Source: Candidatus Woesebacteria bacterium
Lineage (GTDB): Bacteria > Patescibacteriota > Microgenomatia > UBA12405
Direction: 5' to 3'
Assembly (NCBI GenBank): GCA_035402805.1
Contig: DAONDY010000002.1
Location: 229,111 to 293,110, forward strand
Length of the DNA stretch: 64,000 nucleotides
The position numbers and the translations under genes are program-made. Under the pieces are notes generated by a model. It was not told the origin of the DNA, ran no database searches, and saw only the letters and a program-made list of their open reading frames with translations. Positions 9,174-17,774 of the stretch are shown one piece after another. The first letter of the stretch is position 1. Each line of letters begins with the position of its first letter.

Positions 9174-11627
9174 ATGAAAAAACAAAAAGGTATTTCCCAA
9201 ATTGCAGTGATGATTGTTATGTTAGTTTTGGCAATCGCACTTCCAATAACAACAAATTTAGTTAAAAAGAGTCAAGAGAATAGAAGTAAAGCGGCTACAT
9301 TTGATTGTACTATTTTTAATAAAGAAACGTGTTTACAAAACAAAGAGGAATGTTGGTTTAATGGCGGTAATTGTTACAATTTGATTGAGAATGGTTTCGA
9401 ATGTATTCATGATTCTATAATTGGTTTCCCTGGGAGTTGTAAAAGTGGTATTCAAAAAGATATGTATTGTGTTGGTTCTAAAAATGATTGTGTCGATCGG
9501 GATGCTAACAGAGTTATTGTTAGTGGAGAAATTAGTTGTTGGGATTGGGCGGTGCAAATTTGTGAATATGGAAGTTTTAAATCACTTTCTGGAGATAAAT
9601 GGGGAGAATCATCCTGCGATGATAACTCTTTATTAGAAGGAGGTACTTGTAGTGGAAATAAAACAGGTTCTTGTACATATACAAAATCTACACCGCCTCC
9701 AGCTTCAACTTGTTCTTCTGATTGTAAAGGTTGTAACCAACTTGAATGTTCTTATCAAACTGGTTGTACTTGGAGTTGGAATAATTATTCTTGTGTTAAA
9801 AATTCAGGAGATCAACCACCAATTACTAATCCTACTGGATCTGATCAAGGATGTATAAATAAAGGTGGTACTTGTAAAACTATTTCAAATGATACGTGTG
9901 GTAGTGGTTATACAACGTATATAGACGGTGGTTTATGTACTACAATTCCTGATCATAGTTATCAGTGTTGTGTTCCGTCAACTAATCCTAATCCTCAACC
10001 TGTTATTAGTAGTACTTGTGATAGTCAAACTGGGGCTGCCTGTATTAATTCTTATAGTGGAGTGACAAATGGTCTTACTTGTACTGGTAGTAGTGGAGGG
10101 ACTAATGGTGGAACGATAAATACTAGTTTTACTTGTTCTACTATTGGAAAGGTTTGTTGTGTACCAAAATCCACTACTGATACTCCTGTTATAAATACTC
10201 CTGTTACAGATATTACTTATGATTTTACGAATGCAGTTTGTGTTGACAGTAGTGATACATGTCGTGCTAATTATGGTACGGTTATTTCCGGAACGACTAA
10301 ATGTACAAATACATCAAATCCAATTTATTGCATAGTTGATACATGTAAGAAAAATGAAGGTGGTACTTGTAGAGATTTAACATCAAGCAATAATGTTTGT
10401 CCTAATGGTGAACATGTAGGTAATGGTTTGTGTCCTATACTTGGTAATTATTGTTGTAACCCTGCTTCTGATCCTACAGAGGGCGCAAATACTTATGCAT
10501 GTGTACAGGAGGGTGGTATCTGTTATGACTTAGGATTAAGTCAAAATGTTTGTCCTAATGGGGGAACAGCATCTACAACTAGTGGATGTCTTAATACAAA
10601 AGGTAAAAATTATCAATGTTGTGTCAAATCTACTAGTACTCCTACCACTCCTGTAGATAGTTGTACTGGTTTACTTGGAATGCAAAAATGTATTGGAGAT
10701 AATAAATACGTTAATTGTCAGATAGATACTAATAATTATTTAGGTAATCCTACATATAATCAAACAATATGGTGGACTATTAGTCCTCAAAGTTGTCCTA
10801 CTGGACAAGTTTGTACAAGTGGTAATATAGCAGGTTTTGTTTGTGGAGCTCCTACTCCAGTTACCCCTGTTACTCCAACTAGTGTTTGTATAAGCGGTAA
10901 TCAAAAATGTACTGCGACAAACAAATACTTTACTTGTAATAGTGGTCAATGGTCAACCTCAACAACTAATTGTCCATCTGGACAGATTTGTACAAATGAT
11001 GCCATTGGAACCAATGTTTGTAGAGCGACTGATTATACAGCTCCAAGTTTAAATCTGTTCTTTGCCGTTTCTGGAGTTAAAGCAGTTAATCCATGTTTTG
11101 GAGATCTTAGTTTCAAAGTTAATGTAGCTAAGGATGGTCAAGATGGAATGACTGGAAATGTAACAGCTACAGTCGTGGCTAATAAATTTAATTCTTTAGG
11201 TGATCAAGTATTTAAAATTAGTAATTTTGCTTTGGATAATACTTATGCCTTAACTGATAAAATTAAGGTTTTTGTCTCCGGAAAGAAAACATTGGCGACT
11301 TTGTATGGTAAGAATAACCAGGTTGGAGGATTTGGAGCTTTAAATAGCAGCCAAATACTGGTTTCCAGCTTAAGCAATGGCGCTATTTTGGATTTCTCTG
11401 GCTATCCAGTTCTCAATGGAGATGTTGGACAAGTAGGTCAATTGGGAGTTCAAGATGGAGTGGTTAATGCGGCTGATTTTGGTCATATGAAAAATCAGTG
11501 GGGAAAGACTTGCAGTGATGGTCAGAATTTAGAAGCTGACTTAAATGGAGACTGCCGAGTTGATACTTTTGATTTACAAATTTTGAAGAATGCAAATGCA
11601 GAACAATATGCCCAAAAAACATTTTAA
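9174..11627 (+). CDS. Large Cys-rich surface protein: pilin-like N-terminal anchor, disulfide modules, C-terminal dockerin-like domain
   Basis: KKQKG|ISQ + hydrophobic helix; repeated 6-Cys modules; DGVVNAADF and DLNGDCRVDTFDL EF-hand-like pair. Confidence 0.75.
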   Translation: MKKQKGISQIAVMIVMLVLAIALPITTNLVKKSQENRSKAATFDCTIFNKETCLQNKEECWFNGGNCYNLIENGFECIHDSIIGFPGSCKSGIQKDMYCVGSKNDCVDRDANRVIVSGEISCWDWAVQICEYGSFKSLSGDKWGESSCDDNSLLEGGTCSGNKTGSCTYTKSTPPPASTCSSDCKGCNQLECSYQTGCTWSWNNYSCVKNSGDQPPITNPTGSDQGCINKGGTCKTISNDTCGSGYTTYIDGGLCTTIPDHSYQCCVPSTNPNPQPVISSTCDSQTGAACINSYSGVTNGLTCTGSSGGTNGGTINTSFTCSTIGKVCCVPKSTTDTPVINTPVTDITYDFTNAVCVDSSDTCRANYGTVISGTTKCTNTSNPIYCIVDTCKKNEGGTCRDLTSSNNVCPNGEHVGNGLCPILGNYCCNPASDPTEGANTYACVQEGGICYDLGLSQNVCPNGGTASTTSGCLNTKGKNYQCCVKSTSTPTTPVDSCTGLLGMQKCIGDNKYVNCQIDTNNYLGNPTYNQTIWWTISPQSCPTGQVCTSGNIAGFVCGAPTPVTPVTPTSVCISGNQKCTATNKYFTCNSGQWSTSTTNCPSGQICTNDAIGTNVCRATDYTAPSLNLFFAVSGVKAVNPCFGDLSFKVNVAKDGQDGMTGNVTATVVANKFNSLGDQVFKISNFALDNTYALTDKIKVFVSGKKTLATLYGKNNQVGGFGALNSSQILVSSLSNGAILDFSGYPVLNGDVGQVGQLGVQDGVVNAADFGHMKNQWGKTCSDGQNLEADLNGDCRVDTFDLQILKNANAEQYAQKTF

Positions 11628-11643
11628 ATGTTTATAAAAAAAT

Positions 11644-12249
11644 ATGGAAAAAAATAATAAAATATTCAAAATTTTTATCCCGATAATTGCAGTAATAGTA
11701 ATTTTTGAAAGTGTGATGTTGGTTTCTGGCTTAGAAAAAAATAGTGGAGTAGTCAAAGAATCAACCAATTCGGCTGAAGTGAAAAAAAATGAGGTAGTTA
11801 ATAATGCTTTTGATTTGGTTTTTTCAACTGATAAAAAAGAAATGGTAGTTGAAAAAAATTATCAAGTTAAGCTACAGGCTTTAGTTAAAGAACAAAGAAC
11901 AATAGATGCCATTGATGTGGCTATTAAATATGACGCTAAGAGTCTAGACATCACGGGTTTAGTTTTTGACGAGAAACTACCAAAGCCGTTCATTGGTCAG
12001 GTATTAAAAACTGATGGAATGATAGTAGTTAAATATTTAATAGAGACTAAGCAGGGGATGACTTTTAATGTTAATGATGTTATTTCTTTGGTTAGTTTTA
12101 ATGTTAAAGCAAAAACAGCTGGTAATTATCAATTTGAGATTGCTACTGGTAATGAAGATAAAAAATTTGCTACTATGTTTATAGAAACTACTTCGGTTAA
12201 GGCTTTGCCTTTTTCAAGTAATAAATTAGAAATTAATGTAACTAAATAA
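11644..12249 (+). CDS. Membrane-anchored cohesin-like domain protein
   Basis: N-terminal TM; AIDVAIKYDAKSLDI and SFNVKAKTAGNYQFEI match cohesin beta-strand pattern. Confidence 0.65.
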   Translation: MEKNNKIFKIFIPIIAVIVIFESVMLVSGLEKNSGVVKESTNSAEVKKNEVVNNAFDLVFSTDKKEMVVEKNYQVKLQALVKEQRTIDAIDVAIKYDAKSLDITGLVFDEKLPKPFIGQVLKTDGMIVVKYLIETKQGMTFNVNDVISLVSFNVKAKTAGNYQFEIATGNEDKKFATMFIETTSVKALPFSSNKLEINVTK

Positions 12250-12251
12250 AA

Positions 12252-12962
12252 ATGAAAAGGACTGTCCAAAATTTGTTGATTTTAAGCGCATTTTTATTGT
12301 TATCTACTAAGGTGGCAGCAGCAGCAGATCCAAGATTTTCATTAAATCCAGCCACTGGAAATTATAAGGTGAATGATACTTTTACGGTGACTATAGCAAT
12401 AGATTCAGCTGGCCAGGTGGTTGGTGCTGCTGATGCAGTCGGTACTTTTGATTCAAATATATTAGAGTTAACTTCGTTAAATGCGGCGACGGATATGGTT
12501 TTTAATTCAACTCAAACTGGTGGTTCTTGTATGCCAAGCAGTAGTTCTGAATGGGCCAGTGGTAAATTTTCAATTACTTGTTACTCTAATATGAGTTCGG
12601 GCGATGAAGCAGTTAGTGGAAATTTAGCAGTATTGACTTTTAAAGCCAAGACAACTGGAACTGCTAATGTTAATTTTACTTGTAATGGAGGAGCTGGTGA
12701 TTCAAATATAATTCAATCAGCAACTGTAAAAGATCTAATTGTTTGTTCAGCTAATGGCAGTGGCTCTTATACAATTTCTGCGGGATCTAGCACTTCAACG
12801 GTGACTTCGACTCCAACTCCGACAATAAAAGCTTCAACAACAACTACTACAACAACCACAACAACTGAATTACCTCAGACTGGAGGAATTGCAACAACCT
12901 TGGGTTTGATTGTTTTTGGAGCGATTAGTTTAGCTTCGGCATTGTTTTTAAAATTCTTATGA
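12252..12962 (+). CDS. Cohesin-domain protein with Ser/Thr stalk and LPQTG sorting signal
   Basis: Signal peptide, SLNPATGNYKVNDTFTV, ADAVGTFDSNILEL, LAVLTFKAKTTGTANVNF, poly-Thr linker, LPQTG + C-terminal TM. Confidence 0.8.
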   Translation: MKRTVQNLLILSAFLLLSTKVAAAADPRFSLNPATGNYKVNDTFTVTIAIDSAGQVVGAADAVGTFDSNILELTSLNAATDMVFNSTQTGGSCMPSSSSEWASGKFSITCYSNMSSGDEAVSGNLAVLTFKAKTTGTANVNFTCNGGAGDSNIIQSATVKDLIVCSANGSGSYTISAGSSTSTVTSTPTPTIKASTTTTTTTTTTELPQTGGIATTLGLIVFGAISLASALFLKFL

Positions 12963-13603
12963 AGGGTAAAGTCAATTTAAAAACGATTATTATTCTGGCA
13001 ATATTGGTTTTAGTAATTATTCTGTCTGTTTTGGTGGTAAACACGGCCAAGACTTTTATAAGTGGAGCGGCGGCTGATTATGAGCCACAAAATTTAATGG
13101 CCGTTCCTAAAGAGGATGGAAAAACAGCAGTGGTTTCTTGGACAACTGATAAAGAAGTAAGAGCATCTATTTTTTATGGAACTAATATGGCTAGCTTACT
13201 TTTAATGGCTGAAGATATAGAGGCAACAATTGATCATAATATTTTATTAACAAATTTAAAAAGCGACACAACTTATTATTACAAAATAGTGATAGATAAC
13301 GATAATATTTTTGATAATGGTGGATTAATGTATAACTTCAAAACTAATGCTAGCTTAGAACCCGTAGTTACAATTCAGCCTACCTTAATTCCAACGATAG
13401 CAGCGTCTTCTAGTGGTTCTTCAGCTTGTGATAGAACTACTGATTATAATAAAGATGGGACTGTTAACAGCATAGATTATATTTCTTGTACTAAAGGGGC
13501 AATTACTCCTGGAGTCAGTGATGTGTGTGCTGGTGATTATAATAAAGATGGAGTTACTAATAGTCTTGATAGAATAAAGTGTTTACAAGAGACCAAAAGA
13601 TAG
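12959..13603 (+). CDS. FN3-like domain protein with C-terminal dockerin-like repeats
   Basis: N-terminal TM; VVSWTTD...H.ILLTNLKSDTTYYYKI (FN3); DYNKDGTVNSID and DYNKDGVTNSLD repeats. Confidence 0.75.
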   Translation: MKGKVNLKTIIILAILVLVIILSVLVVNTAKTFISGAAADYEPQNLMAVPKEDGKTAVVSWTTDKEVRASIFYGTNMASLLLMAEDIEATIDHNILLTNLKSDTTYYYKIVIDNDNIFDNGGLMYNFKTNASLEPVVTIQPTLIPTIAASSSGSSACDRTTDYNKDGTVNSIDYISCTKGAITPGVSDVCAGDYNKDGVTNSLDRIKCLQETKR

Positions 13604-13643
13604 GTAAAATAAGAAACTTTAAATTAAAGGAGGTGTGAGTTTA

Positions 13644-13862
13644 ATGCCAATTATAGTAAAGAAAAAGAAAGGCGAATCAAAAGACGATATTATCGGTAAA
13701 TTTAGAAGACTTTGTTTAGAAGAGGATATTACAGAAGAAGTAAGAAAAAGAACTTCTTATGTAAAGCCATCTGAAGAAAGATACGCTAAAAAGAAAATAA
13801 TTGTTTGGCGAGATAAATGCCGCCGAAAAGCAAAAAATTCCAGAAGACACGATGCGAAATAA
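13644..13862 (+). CDS. rpsU: 30S ribosomal protein S21
   Basis: GES...KFRR...YVKPSEER; AGGAGG SD upstream; followed by yqeY. Confidence 0.85.
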   Translation: MPIIVKKKKGESKDDIIGKFRRLCLEEDITEEVRKRTSYVKPSEERYAKKKIIVWRDKCRRKAKNSRRHDAK

Positions 13863-14283
13863 ATTAAAACAAGACAGTTTTGATGCTTTAAAGAACCGTG
13901 ATAACAAGCGGGTGGATGTGTTGCGATTTTTAATTTCATTAATTGATAAAAAAGAATTACAACTGCCACCCGGTGGTATGACAGAAGCTGAAGAAATTGG
14001 AGTTTTAAGAAAAGAATTAAAAAACAAAGAAGAGTCAAGAGAAATGTTTTTAAAGGCTGCTAGACAAGATTTAGTAGATCAACTTGATTATGAAATAACA
14101 ATAGTTAAGGAATATTTACCGGCAGAAGTTAGTGAAGAAAAAATTATTGAAATAATAGAACAAGTAATGGCGGAAAAAGGAAATAATTTTGGATTAATTA
14201 TGAAGGAAGTGATGATAAAAATGGGTGGAGCTGTAGATGGTGGAGTGATTTCAAAAATTGTAAAAGAAAAGATTAATGGATAA
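13852..14283 (+). CDS. yqeY: GatB/YqeY domain protein
   Basis: ALKNRD, LRFLIS, R.DL..E...YLP, G.IMK..M, DGGVIS; start re-assigned to ATG 13852. Confidence 0.85.
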   Translation: MRNKLKQDSFDALKNRDNKRVDVLRFLISLIDKKELQLPPGGMTEAEEIGVLRKELKNKEESREMFLKAARQDLVDQLDYEITIVKEYLPAEVSEEKIIEIIEQVMAEKGNNFGLIMKEVMIKMGGAVDGGVISKIVKEKING

Positions 14284-14638
14284 TTTAATTTTGATAAATC
14301 ATAATAAGAATTGGGGTTTGAATGAAAGTTTGGTTGAAGAACTGGCAAAAAAAGTACTTAAAGAAAAGGGATTTAAACAGAATGTTGAACTGAGTATTTA
14401 TTTTGTAGGAAGAAAAAAGGCTAAGGATTTAAATGTAAATTATCGAAAGATGGGCTATATACCTCAAGTTTTGGGTTTTCCAATGTCAAAAGAAAAAGAT
14501 GCGGATGGAATAATCAGATTGGGTGATATTGTAATTTGTACTCAAAAATTAAAGTATGAAATAAAATTTCAAAAATCGAATTTAGATACTGTTTTATACA
14601 GTTGGTTGATTCATGGAGTTGAAAATTTATTAAAGTAG
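14276..14638 (+). CDS. ybeY: YbeY-family protein, degenerate metal site
   Basis: LNVNYRK, VLGFP, LGDIVIC, LIHG; ends before the second and third His ligands. Confidence 0.75.
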   Translation: MDNLILINHNKNWGLNESLVEELAKKVLKEKGFKQNVELSIYFVGRKKAKDLNVNYRKMGYIPQVLGFPMSKEKDADGIIRLGDIVICTQKLKYEIKFQKSNLDTVLYSWLIHGVENLLK

Positions 14639-14641
14639 TTT

Positions 14642-14726
14642 TAAATTTTTGTCACAGAATTTTTTATGTCTGGTGAATGTGGTCGCCCACGTTCAAGGCC
14701 ATAAAAAATTGTGACTTCAAATTTAA
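14642..14726 (+). repeat. ~85-bp imperfect hairpin element, copy 2
   Basis: Near-identical to 7341-7423; differences mostly in the apical loop. Confidence 0.85.
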
Positions 14727-14791
14727 ATTATTTTAATAATGATACAGTTACGAATATTGTAAATGGGACTGGATTTTGGTTTAATCGTTTG

Positions 14792-16345
14792 ATGTCAGTT
14801 TTTCACTTAAAATATAGACCAATTAAGTTTTCTGATCTTGATTTGAATGATGTGGCGAATAGTTTAAAAAAATATTTGAGTGCTAAAGATGTTCCGCAAT
14901 CCTTTTTATTTTCCGGTCCTAAGGGGGCTGGAAAAACTTCAGCGGCCAGAATTTTAGCCAGGGCAGTAAATTGTAGTAATCTTAAAGACGGTGAGCCTTG
15001 TGGAGAATGTGATAATTGTAAGGAAATAATAAAAGGCGGGGCTATGGATATTATTGAAATGGATGGGGCTTCAAATCGAGGAATTGAAGATGTCAGAAGT
15101 TTAAAAGATAAAGCTTATTTGTTGCCAAGTAAATTGGATAAAAAAGTTTTTATTATAGATGAAGTTCATATGTTAACTAAAGATGCGTTTAATGCACTTT
15201 TAAAGTTGATTGAGGAACCACCAAAGCATACAATTTTTGTTTTATGCACTACAGATGCAGAAAAAATTCCGGAAACGGTGTTGTCACGATTAGTAAGAGT
15301 TGATTTTAGAAAGGGTGGAAAAAATGAACTAATGAATTCACTTAAAAAAATTATTGATGGGGAAGGAATTGAAATTGCCAAGGAAGCTATTGAATTTATA
15401 GTCGAAAGAAGTGACGGCAGTTTTAGAAATTTACAAAGAAGTTTTAATGAACTTTATCTACAATTAGGAAAAAAATTAAAGACAGATGATGTTTTTAAAT
15501 TTTATTTAGATAAAAGTGGAAGTTATGACGAAGAAAGTTTTGACAAGGATTTAAATGATGGAAATACAAAATTGATTTTGGAAAAATTGGAAAAAATGGC
15601 GGAAGATGGAATTGATTTTTCTAGTTTTAGATTAAAATTAATGAACTATTTTCAAAAAAAGATTTTGTCATTTTATGGAGTCGGGGAAGATAAAAAAAAA
15701 TATTTAAATTTGGAAGAATCGGAGTTTTTAATAAATTTATTAGTCAAAGCATCTAAACAAGAAAAAGAAGTAGAAATAGATCAATTACCGTTGGAATTGG
15801 CAGTAATAGAATTTGCGGGACAAAAAGGATCTCAAGTGTCAGAAGTTAGAAGTCGGGATCAAGAAGACAAAAAGGAAGAATCTAAAAAAGAGGAAAAAAT
15901 AGTAGAAAAAAAGGTAGAAACTAAAGAAATTGAAGAAATAGTAACAATAGAATCGGATTGTTCGATAGGGGTGGAAACGGTTGAGGAAAAATGGGGAAAT
16001 TTATTGATGACAATCAAACCTTTTAACCACTCAGTTGAAGCATTTTTAAGAGCATCTAGACCAAAATCAATTAGAGGAAAGACTTTGCTTTTGGAAGTTT
16101 TTTATCCTTTTCATAAAGATAGGTTGGAAGAGGCAAAGAATAGAAAAATAGTTGAAGAATGTATGTCCAAGGTTTTTGGAATCGATTTATGTTTTGAATG
16201 TATTTTGGGAAAAAGCAGAAAGGGGCCATTAATTATTAAAAATGATACCCCTATTAAAAATATTAGCGAACAGTTAGTAGATGGTAAAGAAGGCGAAAAG
16301 GCTGGCGGAGATATTTATGATGTAGCAAAAGAGATATTTGGATAA
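14792..16345 (+). CDS. dnaX: DNA polymerase III subunit gamma/tau
   Basis: KYRP, GPKGAGKTS, PCGECDNC, IIDEVHML, EEPP, SR; start re-assigned to ATG 14792 behind TTGTAA-17-TTTAAT promoter. Confidence 0.95.
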   Translation: MSVFHLKYRPIKFSDLDLNDVANSLKKYLSAKDVPQSFLFSGPKGAGKTSAARILARAVNCSNLKDGEPCGECDNCKEIIKGGAMDIIEMDGASNRGIEDVRSLKDKAYLLPSKLDKKVFIIDEVHMLTKDAFNALLKLIEEPPKHTIFVLCTTDAEKIPETVLSRLVRVDFRKGGKNELMNSLKKIIDGEGIEIAKEAIEFIVERSDGSFRNLQRSFNELYLQLGKKLKTDDVFKFYLDKSGSYDEESFDKDLNDGNTKLILEKLEKMAEDGIDFSSFRLKLMNYFQKKILSFYGVGEDKKKYLNLEESEFLINLLVKASKQEKEVEIDQLPLELAVIEFAGQKGSQVSEVRSRDQEDKKEESKKEEKIVEKKVETKEIEEIVTIESDCSIGVETVEEKWGNLLMTIKPFNHSVEAFLRASRPKSIRGKTLLLEVFYPFHKDRLEEAKNRKIVEECMSKVFGIDLCFECILGKSRKGPLIIKNDTPIKNISEQLVDGKEGEKAGGDIYDVAKEIFG

Positions 16346-16356
16346 GATATAATATC

Positions 16357-16384
16357 AATTAATAATTAATAATTAAGAATTAAT
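16357..16384 (+). repeat. (AATTAAT)4 heptamer repeat
   Basis: AATTAAT AATTAAT AATTAAG AATTAAT upstream of ybaB; same unit at 16643-16667. Confidence 0.75.
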
Positions 16385-16394
16385 AAAAATATTT

Positions 16395-16643
16395 ATGTTT
16401 GATAAAGCAAAAATGTTAGCTCAAGCTTATAAATTAAAGAAAGCAATTGAAGCTGAATCTTTTGAGATTGAGGAGAATGGAATTAAGGTAACTGTGACTG
16501 GTGATCAAAAAATTAAATTTTTATCTGTAAACGGAATGGAAAATAAGGTTTTGGTTGACACTATAAATAAGGCAATGAAAAAATCACAAGAGATGGCGGC
16601 AAAAAGAATGAAAGATATGGGTGGGCTTGAGGGTTTGTTTTAA
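16395..16643 (+). CDS. ybaB: YbaB/EbfC nucleoid-associated protein
   Basis: GIKVTVTGDQKI, INKAMKK; dnaX-ybaB-recR synteny. Confidence 0.85.
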   Translation: MFDKAKMLAQAYKLKKAIEAESFEIEENGIKVTVTGDQKIKFLSVNGMENKVLVDTINKAMKKSQEMAAKRMKDMGGLEGLF

Positions 16644-16667
16644 ATTAATAATTAATAATTAATAATT
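16643..16667 (+). repeat. (AATTAAT)3.5 heptamer repeat
   Basis: Fills the whole ybaB-recR spacer. Confidence 0.75.
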
Positions 16668-17270
16668 GTGGCGGAGTTACCAAAAAGCATTAAAAATTTA
16701 ATTGCGTCTTTTGAAAGATTGCCGAGTATTGGTCCAAAAAGTGCCAGTCGATTGGTTTTTTATTTACTTAATACGCCGGAATCTTATGTGGCAGAAATGG
16801 CCCGATCGTTATTAGCGATTAAAAAAGAAATAAAAATTTGTAAGCAATGTTTTTCGGTGTGTGAAGGTGAAATCTGTTCGATTTGTGGAGATGAAAAAAG
16901 AAATAAAAAAATAATTTGTGTTGTAGAAAGGGCAATTGACGTTATGGCAATTGAAAATATCGGCGGTTTTAATGGTGTTTATCATGTTTTGGGTGGAGTG
17001 GTTAATCCGTTGGAACATGTGAGCCCTGATGATTTAAAAATTGATGAATTAATAAATCGAATCACTGATGATATGGAGATTGTTTTGGCAACTAACCCGA
17101 CAATGGAAGGGGAGGCAACGGCTCTTTATATTAAGAAAAAAATTGAAAATTTGGGTAAGAAAAATGTTAAAATTTCTCGAATTGGCAGTGGTTTACCGAT
17201 GGGAGCTGATTTGGAATACGCAGATCAGGCGACCTTGAGTAGGGCGATGGAAGGACGAAGAGAGCTATAA
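16668..17270 (+). CDS. recR: Recombination mediator RecR
   Basis: LPSIGPKSA HhH, C4 Zn finger, ICVVE, YHVLGG, EGEATA, GLPMGADLEY. Confidence 0.96.
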   Translation: MAELPKSIKNLIASFERLPSIGPKSASRLVFYLLNTPESYVAEMARSLLAIKKEIKICKQCFSVCEGEICSICGDEKRNKKIICVVERAIDVMAIENIGGFNGVYHVLGGVVNPLEHVSPDDLKIDELINRITDDMEIVLATNPTMEGEATALYIKKKIENLGKKNVKISRIGSGLPMGADLEYADQATLSRAMEGRREL

Positions 17271-17276
17271 TAAATT

Positions 17277-17771
17277 ATGAATCAAGTTGTGAATGACTTT
17301 GGAAAAGGATTTAAACAATTAGGTCAGGAGACAGCCGAAAAATTGGTTGAGAATGCAGGAAAAATTGCGGAGTCGATAATTACAGCACAAGAACTTTTGG
17401 GAGATATTAGACCATTAGATGATCAAGAAATGGCTCAAAAAAAGGCAGAAGATGAAAGGAAAAAACAGAAGGAGATTGCGGACGTAAAATCTCAGATGTC
17501 AGGCAGACCTGTGGAAAATGAAATGGAACAGATTAGAAGACAAAAAGAAAAAGAGGAAGAAGAAAAGGAAAAATATTTTGAACAAGTGGAAGAGCAAAAA
17601 GAAAGGGAAAGACAACGACAAGAGGCGGAATATAATGGTTTAATGGTGGAATCAACAAATCCATCAAAACAAAAGAAAAGTAGAGGAAGTGCTTTAGTGC
17701 ATAAGAAAAAAAGTCAACCAGACCAAAGTCAGATGTCGCAAACAACTGAATTTAAGGGTAAAATTGATTAA
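17277..17771 (+). CDS. Hypothetical coiled-coil protein
   Basis: 164-aa E/K/Q-rich ORF tightly packed between recR and cysS. Confidence 0.7.
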   Translation: MNQVVNDFGKGFKQLGQETAEKLVENAGKIAESIITAQELLGDIRPLDDQEMAQKKAEDERKKQKEIADVKSQMSGRPVENEMEQIRRQKEKEEEEKEKYFEQVEEQKERERQRQEAEYNGLMVESTNPSKQKKSRGSALVHKKKSQPDQSQMSQTTEFKGKID

Positions 17772-17774
17772 AAG

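Noticed and set aside
12835-12866. ACA/ACT trinucleotide run
   Set aside because: Explained by the poly-Thr stalk of the cohesin protein
7341-14726. The two hairpin elements or the REP pair as CRISPR repeats or composite transposon ends
   Set aside because: Only two copies far apart, no spacer periodicity, no cas or transposase, enclosed genes include core housekeeping genes
14711-14791. N-terminal extensions in ORF track for dnaX (also hisS, yqeY, xer, rluD, ligA, pilins)
   Set aside because: Artefacts of longest-ORF calling; downstream ATGs match family starts and promoter spacing
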